DNA of 64,000 nucleotides from the NCBI GenBank assembly GCA_013239625.1, contig MU053431.1, forward strand, positions 1,762,485 through 1,826,484, in the 5' to 3' direction. The number at the start of each line of letters is the position of its first letter. Positions within the stretch are counted from its first letter, which is position 1. The notes under the pieces were generated by a model that saw only the letters and a program-made list of their open reading frames with translations, ran no database searches and was not told the origin of the DNA. Of this stretch, positions 13,331 through 24,945 are shown one piece after another. A program made the position numbers and the translations under genes. The stretch comes from Lama guanicoe (lineage: Eukaryota).

Positions 13331-13942
13331 GGGATGGGGGCGGGAGTGTGAGGGCACCAGGCTGGAGTCTGGCCTGGGGGCGAGGGTTGAAGGCACACCC
13401 CGGGAGGCCTCGGTGCTTCTCTTCCCCTCTCCCCAAAAGTAGTTTCTGGTCTGTATACACCCTGAGTGCGGGAAGTTGGGAAAAGGTCACAAAGAAATTT
13501 TACTCCTGGGAAGCTGAAAGGGGCCGGGGGCAGGGGAGGAGGGGCGAGGGGCTTGAGAACAGCCTGAGCCCCACTTCTTCCCTCCTTCCGCTTCAGGGCT
13601 GCCAGGTCTCAGCTCCCCCCACCCCCGTCTCATCCCCTTCTGCCATCAGAGTGGACTGGAACCCAGATCAGTGACTTCTCCAGGGGTGGGTGGGGGTCCA
13701 TGGACAGGCCTCAGGTATGTCCACTCCCTGAGCTGGAAGGGAAATGTGTGCTGGCACCAGCCTCCTTCTGAAGAGAATCCCTTCCGTCAGCATCTCAGAA
13801 GGCACGTGGTCCCCGAGGCCAGGTCCCTGTCCTCTGCAGCAGGGCTGCCCCCAGGCCGCTCCCCAGAGCCTCCTGGCTGCCTGCCCCAGCCCACATATGG
13901 GAAGTGGAGCTCGACCTGAAGCTGTCTCCGGCCAGGTCCTAC

Positions 13943-14090
13943 ACTGAGTTTAGTCTCCCATTTTCCCGTCTGTGAACTGTGGTCATCAGAGCTCCAACCT
14001 CAGAAGGCAGAAGTTCAAGAGAGAGTGTTGGGGAAGGGCCCTCGCGGTTCCCCGCTTGCAGAAGCACTCAAGGTGTTCTTATTGGTGATG
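13943..14090 (+). mobile_element. MIR
   Basis: ttttcccgtctgtgaa...acctcagaagg...cagaagcactcaa. Confidence 0.55.
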
Positions 14091-16234
14091 GTGGTGACGA
14101 CATTGTTCCTGCTGGGAGATTCCGAGGTATTTGGGCATGGTGGCTGGCGGTGGGCCCGTGTGAGGTGAACGACCCTGGAGCCGGGTGACCAATGGCTCTC
14201 CGAGGGTCTGGTGGGAACCCAGGTGGGAGCCCTCCCTGGGAATCGGCTTGGCTGAGGCAGCCTGGCAGGGTAGGGGGCTTCTGGTCCTGGAGAGAAAGAG
14301 GTCTTATCAGGCAGGGCCCTGAAGTGGGAGGAGGGTGTCCACCGAAGCTAGTGCTGGAAGAGATACCACTTTGAATGGCATCGTGGCCGAGGATGTGGGC
14401 AGAGGTGGAGGTGAAGGGGCTTCCTCCATCCCAGGGTGAGAGAGGGAAGGAGCGTCTGGGCGGGACCTCCACACCCCTGCGTGGTAGGGGCGGGGTGTGC
14501 CAGAGCGGCTGGCTGTCCCCGCTGGCTGTCCTTTCATACCCCAGCCGCCAGCAGCCTCCCAGCGCAGAACTTGTGCCGCTGCCTCGGAAGCCCAAGTCTG
14601 ACAGCGGTGCTGGGAAAGGAGGGGCTGGTGAGCCGGGGTGGGCGGGCCGGGGTGGGCGGAGCTGTCGTCCGCACGACCACCCTGGGCTGCAGCTGACCCT
14701 GCACAGGCCACCACCAGTGTAGACCGAGCGGGCAGAATTAGGCTCCAGGCCTCCCTTGCCTGCACTGGAAACTCGTGCCTACAGGTGTCCCCGCGTGGAG
14801 TGGTCCTGGCAGCCACACGCAGCAGGGAGCTGGAGGCCGTGCCTCTGCGCTGACGCCTTCCCTGCCCTGGAGGTGAAGGCAAACAGGGTGTGTGCGGTAA
14901 ACAGTGAGAATTACCTTCTTGCTTCCTTTGAGTGCTTGATGGGCTGTGCCCTGGTTGGGGGCCAGCAACCACTCCTTCAAAGGAGTGACGTGGCAGGTCC
15001 AGGTCAGTGGCTCGGGGCCGGGGCACTCGCTGCCCACCCCGGAGACCCCGCTGTGGGCTCAGCCAGGAGCAGCCTGGGTTGGGATCAAGGACAACAGTGG
15101 CCGCAGAGGGGCATGACCCCTCCACAGCACCCTTGGCCTCGACCCCGTGGCCGCCCCGCTGGTGCCGCAGACTCAGGCACCACCGTGACGCGGTCTGAGT
15201 CCTCTTGGTCAGAGGCTGTGACACCGGTACGGTCCAGGGCGCATCCTGGTCATTTGTCCACTTGGCAGATGTCTTTTGAGCGTGCGCTGCAGAAGGTCGG
15301 CTTCTGCGCCCGCGGCTAGGGCCGCCTGAGCGTTTGCTGAGTGCTCGCTGGCTTCCGGGCGCCCTCGGAGAGCGGAGGTGCCATTTTTCTTTGAAGGTCA
15401 CGGCCCGTGCTTGGGAGACACACTTGGGAGAGACGGATGGGCTGATTATGAGAGACGCTCTTTGCTCTGTGAACCGGCTGCTCCGTGTGCCTGCAAGAAC
15501 ATTCCTTTTGGGCCAGCTAGGCCCCGGCCTTGCTGCCCCCCTCCCTTCTGCACCGCCATCCACCATCTGCCATCCGCCATCCCAGGAGAGGGTTCCCAGG
15601 GGATTTTTCCTTCCCTACCCGGGCTTCTGGGCCACTTGGCAGACCTGGGCCCACTTCCACTGGTTTTGAACAGTGACATCTGTCCAGACAGGGGCTGGGT
15701 GCCTGTATCTGTGTGTCTCCCTCTCGTGGACCATGTGTGGGAGGGTAGAGATGTTGGCCAATCAAAATGGCTGTCACTCAGGAGACGCTCGTGTCCATGG
15801 GCACATGGACCCCAGGCAGTGTCCTGGACGCCCAGGCCATTAAAGTCTGACGTGCTTCCACGGAGGCAGAGGCAACTGAGACCTGTCTCTGCAAAGTGCA
15901 AGAAAATTGGTTCCAATAAAATCAGGACACGGATCATTTCCCCAGAGTTTCTGCCCCTGTCACCAGCCAAGCCCGGTGACCTCCTCCGCCCATCCGTCCA
16001 CCTGCCCACTCCCCATTCGCTGTTCCTCTTTTCCTTCCCGAGCCGGCTCAGCCTCAGTGATGCTGACACTCAGGGCTGAAGTTTAAGTCACAGGGTCCCC
16101 ACAAGAGCGCTGTTACGTCGGGGAGACGTGGCAGACCCTGGAGCAGACACCCCCAGGGCTTGTGCCACCATGTGGCTCCTGCTGTATGCACCGAGGTCCT
16201 GCACCCCTGCCCACCAGGTCGTAAGGCGGAGACA

Positions 16235-16505
16235 GGGCGGGGCTGTTCTGTATTAACGGGGATTAAAGAGCCGCAGCTGAGCGCAGGTGTGGTTTCCCAG
16301 CAGACCCTGGGCCGGAAAGGAGAACCACTGTGAGGACGTGGTCGAGACAGTGGCCGGGTTCAGCCCAAGGGTTACGTGGTGACGCTGTACCGACGCCCAG
16401 TGGGACGCCCTGATGTGGGCGCCCGTGCTGCGGTTCTGTGGGAGAACGTCCTGTCCGAGGACGGAGTCCGTCCTGAGGCTTCTAGGGCGGTGAGTAGGGA
16501 AGGGA
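16235..16505 (+). mobile_element. L1MC-like 3' UTR fragment, strongly GC-shifted
   Basis: Collinear with the remembered L1MC4-type consensus: ctgttctgtattaacggggattaaagag and cgtgctgcggttctgtgggagaacgtcct versus tgtactgtggttatgtaagagaatgtcct. Confidence 0.6.
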
Positions 16506-17939
16506 CCCCCACGAGTGGCCATCCCAGGTGACGCCCATGGGCTCGGGGACGCAGCCGTCAGCTGAGTCTAGAGCCTCTGCTGTGGGAAGAGGAGGACTTC
16601 GGCCATGAGCTTTGGTGCCAGCACAGGACGCTCGCCCTCGGGCACCAGAGGAAAGAGAGGCCGGGGCGGGGGCCTGCGAGGGGAGCGGGGCCAACCTGCT
16701 CGCAGTGCTGGGGCCCTCGTCCCCTCCTCCCGAGAAGCACGGCCAGACTTCCCGCCTGGTTTCCTAGTGGTTTGTGTTTCGAGGGAGGAAGGAATCGCAA
16801 GCCTTTCTTTGCTGCATTATGATGAGACAGATACAAAATGTACCACTTCCGCCGTCTTGATGTGGACCACCACCCCGCCCGTCTCCAGAACGCTCCTGTC
16901 GTTCCCACTGAACACCAGCTGCCCCTCCCCCCAGCCTCGGCTTTCTGTCTCATCTTTCCATGTTTCCGTCTGAGGGGCTGTCAGGCCTTCCTTGGTCGGG
17001 GGGACGCGGTGCTCACGAGTGAATGCTCTCCGCCTGGAGAAAGAAGCCAGCCCCCGAAGGCCTCCAACCGTGCGACTGCAGTGACAAGGTGTTCTGGGAA
17101 AGGAGCGTGACGGGAACAGGGGACCAGCGGCGGCCGGGCGGGAGGGTGGGGTGGGCGGTGGGTGACGGATGCTCTGCGCTTGGCCGTGGGCTGGTTGCAC
17201 GACTGAGCGTGTATCAGGACTCCCGGAACTTAGACCGAGGGTGATTTCAGGGAGTGTGAACTGTGTCTCCCTGAGTCTCAGCCGCGAAGGAGCAGGAGCC
17301 TGTGAGGCTGTGGGGTGCCAGGTCCTCCCCCTGGGGGGCTCCGGGCAGGAAAGGACCAGGGGGGTCCTGGGGATGTTCCTGGGGAGCGCAAAGGCCCTGG
17401 GCAGCCCCTGAACGCCCCTCCCTGCCCCCCGACCGCTCCCACCTTGCCACCGCCGCTGGGAACCAGGCAGGTGCTCAGCAGCCAGGAGGCGGGTGGGGAG
17501 GGCCTGAGCCCGCACCTGGTTGGGGACAGTGCTGCTGAGCTCACAGCTGTGGGGACCGCCTGGCCCCCGAGGCCTCTGCTTTAACCCGGCAACACCCTGG
17601 CATTTGACCTACCAACTGCTGTCCCTGGTGAAGGCATAGCCCCTGAGAGGAACCCGCCAGGGTCCTCAGGTCTGAAGAGGAAACCAAGGCCCAGAGAGGA
17701 TGGGGACACCCGAGCCAGCCCACACCCGCCTGTCTGTCCAGTCTGTCTGTCTGTCGCTGCTCCAGCAAGGGGCTGGGATGGAGCCGCCCACCTGCCCTGC
17801 GCCCTGCCCCCTTCGGAGACTTCTCCCCCACAGGAGAAGTCTTGTCCCCCCAGGGCCAGTGCTGGAGAGGGAAGGAAGGCCTGGGAGCTGGGCAGAGACG
17901 GGCAGTCAGTCTGGAGTTTCCTGACGGTGGCAGCCCCAG

Positions 17940-18085
17940 GACCCCAAATCAAATCCCAGCCTCACCACTGGCCAGCTATGGGGCCCGGGCAAGTGATGTG
18001 ACCTTCTGTGCCCCAGTTTCCTCACCTGCCAGGTGGAGGTAACAATTCCTCTGTGGTCCACTGGCCAGGAGCCTGGAAGGTCTCA
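17940..18085 (+). mobile_element. MIR
   Basis: tcaaatcccagcctcaccact...gggcaagtga...ctgtgccccagtttcctcacctg. Confidence 0.8.
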
Positions 18086-18449
18086 GTTACCCACACAGAT
18101 CAATGGCGATTCAAGGAGAGACGGGCCCTGATCTGTTGTTTTAGGGTAACAAGAGCTGGCGCCTCCCAACAGGGCCCCCCTCCAGAGCCGGGAGCCGTTC
18201 CTGCCGCCCACGGCCCTGCCCGCTCCGGGGGTCCGCGCGACCGCGGTGGGGCCCTGCGGGAACCCCCGAGCCTGGCGCTGTTCCCACGCCTGTGGAGACG
18301 GGGGCCGCCCACAGCTGGGCAGCATCTGTCCAGCTCCTCTGAGAAACGTTTGCTGCCCAAAGGCGAGGTCTCCCCAGCACCGTGTGTGTGACGAACCCTC
18401 TTCCAGTGTGATGACGCCCCTCCCTTCCGCCCTCCTCGCTGACCGAGCA

Positions 18450-19015
18450 CCACGTGCCAGGTGCAGTAGCACAGCAGGACAGGGCTGGCAAAGGCTTCCA
18501 CCCCACGAAGCGCACATCCCAGCAGAGAAGTCCGACAATCAGCAAAACAAACACGTGCAACACACGCTTGGCCTGTGGTGACAAGGGCGACAGAGTCCAC
18601 GGGAGGGGGCGGGGACGCAGTCTCCGGCAGGTCCCTGAGGGTCTCTCGGAGGCAGTTAAGAGGCAGGTGTGCCAGGTCTGGGGGAAGAAGATTCCAGGAG
18701 AGGGATGGCCGGGGGAACTGGACACACGGGGCAGAGCGAGCGTGGCCGGGTGAGCACCGGGCGTGCGAGGAGTAACAGGAGGGCCTCAGAGAATGCGCGG
18801 CATCTCGTCCTGGAGGAAAATGGGCACCATGGGAGGCTCTGTGCAAGAGGCCACATGGCTTACTTTGAAGGGGTCCTGCCTGCCTTGTTGAGAGTGCATT
18901 GCTGGGGGCAGGCCGGAGAGGGTGGCTGGGGAGGCGCCATCGTGCTCCAGGTGCACGATCGAGGTGACCCAGACTTGTGCTTATGGGGACGGTGGAAGGA
19001 TGACTGGAGACTAGA
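18450..19015 (-). mobile_element. L2 remnant
   Basis: tctgggggaagaagattccaggagaggga...aatgggcaccatgggagg...tccaggtg, a typical antisense L2 purine-rich body. Confidence 0.65.
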
Positions 19016-19019
19016 TACA

Positions 19020-20955
19020 CACTTTTCTTTTTCCTTAGGTTTATTTTTAAGTTTCCATCCAGTAAAAGTCACTCTCCATGTGACTTTTGTTTGCATCCAT
19101 GAGCTTTGACAAATCCGCAGTCCTGTAACCACCACCTCCAAAGACACAGCCCCGTCCTGTCGCCCGGTGGAGTCAGTGCGTACCCCCCACCCCCGCCCCG
19201 GCCCCTAGCAGCCGTGCTCTGCTCCCCCCACCACCGCCAGCCCTGGGCCTGACTCAGGGCCACGTAAGAGGGCCCTGGCATCCTTCGCTTATGTAATGCC
19301 TTGAGGCTCATCCGTGCCGTGCCCGGGCCAGCAGCTCCTTTTCTGCGTGGAGCAGGAGTCCGTTGCACCGATGGCCCGCCATGTGTTTATCCATTCACTG
19401 GCTGAAGGACACTTGGGTTGCTTCCAGTTTAGAGCGATTACGAACAAAGTAGCTGCCAGTGTTCACGCGCGGGACTGCGTGTGAGCGCACGCTTTCGTTC
19501 CTCTCGCGTGACCACTTAGGAGTCGGATCGCTGGGTCGTCCTAGAGTGTATTTAACTCGGGGGGAAATTCCAAAGTGGGTGTGCCCTTTTGACGGCCCGC
19601 CAGCGACGCGGAAGGGCCTGTTCTCTGCCTCCCGGCCAGCGCCGGGGCTTCAGTTCCTGGTCAGGTTTTTTGTTTTCATTTACCCGTCCTGGTGGGTGTG
19701 CAGTGGTGTCTCGTTGTGGTTTGAGTTTGCATTTCCTGGATGGCTCATGACGAAGTGTCTTTTCAGGCGCTTACTTGACACCTGTGTATCTTCTTCGGCA
19801 AAGCTGCCTGTTCCGGAGGTTTGCGTGTTTTTTACACTGGGTTGTTTTCATACTGTTGACTCTGGGGAGTTCTTAGATTCTGCACACAAACCCTTTGCCG
19901 GATAGGTGATCAGCAAGTGCCTTCTCCCCTCGATGGCTCTCCTTTGCGTTTTCCTAACACTGCGTGTCACAGAGCAAAAGTGGGAACTTTGATGACATCC
20001 GGCTCATCAAAAAAGCCGTGGGCCATGCTTTTGGAGTTGTGCCTAACCCCAGGGCACAGGGCTGTTTTCCTCTCTCCTGCTCTAGAACCGCTATAGTTCT
20101 ATGCTGTATACTCAGGCTTACGACCTGTTTTGAGTCACTTTGTGATGGGGTGTGAGAGACGGGCGCTTTCTCTGCATAAACATGTCCAAAGGATCAAAGC
20201 CACTTGTGGAAAGATGGTCTTCTCTCCTTTGAAGTTTGTTTGCATCTTAATCAGAAGCCGCCTGACCGCGTGTGCGGGGCTGCATCCAGACTCTCACCGG
20301 CCCCTTTGGCCCCCGTGCCTCTGCCGTCCCCAGTCCCCGCTCCTTGATTTCTGTAGATTTGTAGGAAGTCTTCCAAGTACCATGAGTCCTTCGATTTTGT
20401 CCTTCTTTTCCAAAATCGCTTTGGCCACTCTAGGTCCTCCGCTTTCTGTGTGGATTTTGGAATTAGCTTTCCAGTATCGACAGAAGAGCCTGCGTGGGTT
20501 TTGATTGGGATTGTGTTCATCTGTAGATCAACGCGGGGAGACCAAGGTGGCGTCTCAACACCGAGCCTTCCAACCCACGCAGACACTGCGTCTCTCCGCT
20601 TACGCAAGTCTCTGGTTTCTCCCATCCGTGGTAGTCTTCTGTGTGCAGACCCTACACCATGTGTTTTGATACATCTGTATCTAAGCATTTGTATTTGGGG
20701 AGTTACTGTGCGTGCACTTCGAAAATTCTTTTCTGTTCCCAGTTTCTCACGGCAGCTTGTCTAGCCCTGATCGATGTTTAGTTACTGACCTGGTAGCTTA
20801 CAACCATGACACACACACTTACTCACTCTAGAGCTTCCCTTGTGGGTTCCCTGGGATTTTTTTACGTAGACAGTGATGTTGTCTGTGAATAGAGGAAGTT
20901 TTATTTTATCCCTTCCACGCTGCATACCTTTAATTTCCTTTTACTGTCTTATTGT
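19020..20955 (-). mobile_element. Old L1 (L1M-type), 3' end and ORF2 remnant
   Basis: T-rich start and typical antisense L1 text (tttatccattca...ggacacttgggttgcttccagttt). ORF2-like peptide remnants NTIPIK, GKLIPK and PKRFWKRRTK. Confidence 0.88.
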
Positions 20956-21700
20956 ATTTTTTAAAAAATGTTAATCAGCTGTATTTCAACTTTAAAAATA
21001 GTTGATTTACAATGTTGTGTTAGTTTTTGTTGTCCAGCGTAGTGATTCAGCTATATACATGGATATTCCTCTTCATGTTCTTTTTCATCATAGGCTGTTG
21101 CAAGGCACTGAATAGGGTTCCCTGTGCTGTACAGTGGGTCCCTGTTGTTTATCTATTTTACGTATAATAGTGTCTGCAAATCTCAAACTCCCAAGTCATC
21201 CCTCCCCACCCCTTTCCCCCCGGTAACCATAAGTTTGTTTTCTATGTCAGTGAGTCTGTTTCTGTTTTGTAAATAAGTTCATTTGTATCATTTCTGAGAG
21301 TCCACATATAAAAGATATCATGTGGTATTTGGCTTTCTCTGTCTGACTTCACTTAGTATGATCATCTCTAGTTCCATCCATGTTACTGCAAATGGCATTA
21401 TTTCAGTCTTTTTCATGGCTGAGTAGTATTCCATCATATAAATATACGCCGCAGCTTCTTTACCCAGCCATCTGTTGATGGGCCCTCAGGTTGCTGCCAT
21501 GTCTTGGCTGTTGTAAACAGCGCTGCTGTGAGCACTGAGGTGCATGTGTCTTTTTGAATTAGAGTTTTCATCTTTTCCGGATGTATGCCCAGGAGTGGGG
21601 CTGCTGGATCATGTGGTAACTCTAGTTTTAGTATTTTAGGGACCCTCCGTACCGCTCTCCGTAGCGGCTGCCCCAGTGGACACGCCCACCAATACTCACA
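20956..21700 (-). mobile_element. Younger artiodactyl-type L1, 5'-truncated 3' end, nested in the older L1
   Basis: Well preserved and AT-rich (tagttgatttacaatgttgtgttagttt...gttccctgtgctgtacagt). ORF2 C-terminal peptide LKLELPHDPAAPLLGIHP...CTSVLTAALFTTAKTWQQP. Confidence 0.92.
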
Positions 21701-21739
21701 CACCTGACGCTTCTCTTGCTCGCTGCCCACCTCGAGGCC

Positions 21740-22695
21740 GACTTCCCGTGTCTTTTTTTCTTATCGGCGGGTCTCATCCTAGCTCTCTGCCTCCCTAGTG
21801 CTTTTTCACTTACACCGGACCCTGTGGACGACACACTGAAGAGACTGGACACTCTTACCCGCCTTTGAAGGGTGTCAGCTCTTACTTTAGCAGGCTGCTC
21901 AGTTGCAGACTGACAACCTTTTGTGGGGGGGTAAGTGTGTTTTTCTTTATTTTTAGTAGAGGTCCTGCGGGTTGAACCCAGGACCTTGTGCAGGCTGGGT
22001 GCACACTCAACCGCTGAGCTGTACCCTCCCCGCAAGACAGATCATCTTGAACCTGTGCAGGCCCGGTTTTCACACCCCAGCCGTCCTACCCTAGAAGGAC
22101 CCGCGTCTGGGCTGAGCCTCCTGCGGGGCTTTTGTCCGTTTGCGGTTGGTCTTAGTGAGGGCGGGCCTAGGCTCAGCCTCCCTCTAGGGCGTGGCCCTCA
22201 CGCCTCAGGTGTGGGCTCGCGGGCGCCTCGGCGGGTGCTCAGTGTGTCACGGAAGCCCCTCCTCCCCCCTCCAGCTCTGCCGGAGTGCCAGCTGCCCTCC
22301 CACAAGCCCGTCAAGGGTCCGGTCTGCGCACACGGCCCAGGCGGCCCAGGGAGGGTCCCTTGCCGGCGTCTGAGGCCCCACCAGGCGGGCCCCCCTCCCC
22401 AGTGCCTTGTTCTGCAGCTGGAAGCCCCTCCTGCAGCTCCAGGCTCTGACTTCTGCCTCTTTAGCTGGAGTAGCCACGCTCCACCCAGACCCCAGCTCCT
22501 AATGTCACGATCAGGATGGTGTCCCCAAGAAGAAAGCTGGGTGACAGTGGGGCTCAGCTCGCGACTTCCTGTCTCTCAGAGACGGCAGTCGCCCTGTGGC
22601 TTGTCCAGTGTCTGAAAACAATGGCCTGATAAATTGTGCCCAGTTCTATGGTTGTTTATGACAAGAGAGCTAGTCCAGGACCCCAAGTGGAAGTC
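21740..22695 (-). mobile_element. Old L1M 5'-region remnant, interrupted by a SINE
   Basis: Resembles the remembered L1M4/L1MC 5' end in antisense (gtccagtgtctgaaaac...ccagttctatggttgtttatg...ggaagtc). Confidence 0.6.
21919..22031 (-). mobile_element. Camelid-type tRNA-derived SINE, more diverged copy
   Basis: Minus strand GGGGAGGGTACAGCTCAGCGGTTGAG...CAAGGTCCTGGGTTCAACCC...TTACCCCCCCACAAAA. Aligns by eye with the copy at 62997. Confidence 0.85.
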
Positions 22696-24519
22696 AGCAG
22701 TGGATTTTAAACACTGCCTACTTTCAAAAATATCTGAAGCAGCTTATGACAAAGGACTTGGTTCAAAGGGATTATTAAAACAATGTTGCAAAAGAATACA
22801 TAAAAACAAACACAGCTATCCTAGAAACAAAGTTGAAGACAGCCGCCGTGTTTGAGTAAATCTCGTGCCAGCGCTTAGGAAAAAGTGCCACGTTATTTGC
22901 ACTTAAACATTTTTAGCTTACTGTCTGCTACAAGGTGGGTCTATCGTAAACTTCAATAGCTCTCCCCTGACATATTTAAAGGTTAAGAGCATTCTTCAGC
23001 CAGTTCTGTGCTCTTGTAACTCAAAAGCAGTTCTATTAAAAAACAAAACAAAACAAAATCACGCCACTTCCAACTTCCTGAAGTTCGGAGAGTCTTGGGG
23101 TTATCTGGGAATATTTAAACTGTAAACCTTTTTCACACTCTTGCACACAGAAAGTCCTGTTTAGGGATTATTAAGCTGCAACTGCCCAGCGCGGGCTGCA
23201 GGGCGTGTTATCTGGAGTGTAATGTCCCAGTTGTTCGGCAGGACCACAGACCTCCAGCTCCCAAGGGTCAGGAGGGAGGGCCGGTGCATCTGGGCCGTGT
23301 CACTTGGGAGCTCCGCACGTCGAGCCATCCAGGACATGCTGGTCTGGAGCCAAAGACTCGCTCATCTGTGAACCGGTCAGCTTCGGGCCCTGTGCCCGAC
23401 AGGATGTGCACCGTCGGAAGCGCCTGTCGAGGGTCACTATTTATTGCCCGGGGATGAGGCAGAAGCCGTTGCATCTGTGCTGACCCCGTCTCCTGATCTT
23501 GGCCCCGAGCCGCTCCCGTCACTACCGGTCCCTCCCAGGAACCCCTAAAAGGAAGATGCACAAGTTGGGGCAGAAGTCCTTCCCTCCCAGGGACCCTCTT
23601 GGACATACAGTCCAGAGACAGCTCCCCCGAAGACTGTCCACAGTGCGGGAAGCCCGTCACACCACCCCTTCGCTTTCCCCACCCCAGTGATGGGCGGGGG
23701 GGAGGCAGGTCCAAGGCTCAGCAAAGCGCTCTCTCCGGTGGCCTCCGTGTCTGCCCGTCTCCCCATCACAGCAGGTCAGGAGCACGGGCACCACCGGCCA
23801 GGGCAGGAGGTAGAATGGAGAGGCCCGTGAGCCTGGGTCAAGCAGCTGAGTCATGGCAGGTCCCGTGCTGACGTCTGCGGTGTTGCCCACGTGGACTCTG
23901 CAGGAGGTGGGAGGGAGAGCGGCCAGCCCTGAGGCCCTTCTGTCCGCAGAGGCTGGCAGTATGCCTGGGTCCCCAGTTCCGCCCAGCCCCAAGGCCCATT
24001 TTGCCAAGGTGGACCTGAGCCACACCCGGGGAGACATCTGCTCTGCCCGAGGCTGGACGGTGTTTGAGGGCCTGGAAGGGGCAGGTCTCCTGGGGGCTCT
24101 GAGGACAGCAGGCTCTTCACACCCTCACAGACCCGGAAGATTGGGAGCAAACACCAGCCAGCCACAGCGAGCTGCCGAAACAGTCAGGCACCCCAGCCCA
24201 GGGAAGCTTTCTAAACGGCAAGGCGCCTCCGAGGCCCCCACCCTGTCACACTCGCCTGCAGACTCGACGCGGATAATTGCAGGGCACTTAGACAGGGTAA
24301 CACCCGTTAGACTTCCTGCAGTTCATTTGCCTGACAGCTTGTTTAAGAGACGCCGTGTAACGTATTAAAAATACCTACGTCTGTGTCAGATCTGGAGGTC
24401 GGCTGGAAGCCGCCCAGAAGGCTTCCCGTTAAAACCCCCAGGAGCAGGTGCTCGTGTTTGGAAAAGCTCTAACCCCAAACACCTCTTGTACTTCTGTTTG
24501 TCACAAAGGCCATGGGTCT

Positions 24520-24945
24520 CGTGGACAGATGAATCCTGGGGTCATGGCAACAGAGGACCACAGACCAGGCCACTCAAAATGACAGAAGTCTATTCTCTCT
24601 CAGCTCTGGAGGCCAGACTGCAAAGGCAGGATGTGAGCAGGGCCAGGCTCTCTCTGGAGGCACGGGGGACAGTGCTTCCTGCCTCTCCCAGCTTATGGGG
24701 CCCCAGGCATCTCTGTCTGGTGGCCACCTGCCTCCCTCCTCTGCCTCTGTTGTCACATGGCTTCTCCCCTCTTTGGGTCTTCCTAAGGGCACTGTCATTG
24801 GATGCGGGGCCACCCCAGTCCAGGACGGCCTCGTCTTAAGAGCCTTAACTGCATCCACAGAGACCCTTTTTCCAAATAAGGTCATGTTCACAGGTTCTGA
24901 GGGTTAGACTGGACGTATCTCTTGGGGACCTCCAGCAACCCCGGT
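24520..24945 (-). mobile_element. MaLR LTR (MLT1B/C-like)
   Basis: tctcagctctggaggccaga, gtcacatggcttctcc, gaccctttttccaaataaggtcatgttcacagg. Confidence 0.88.

Noticed and set aside
11650-13490. Long antisense and alternative-frame ORFs over exon 1
   Set aside because: These are expected shadows of a GC3-rich coding exon and CpG island, with no recognisable domains.
14307-15566. 419-aa minus-strand ORF
   Set aside because: GC-driven composition, no domain, no splice structure.
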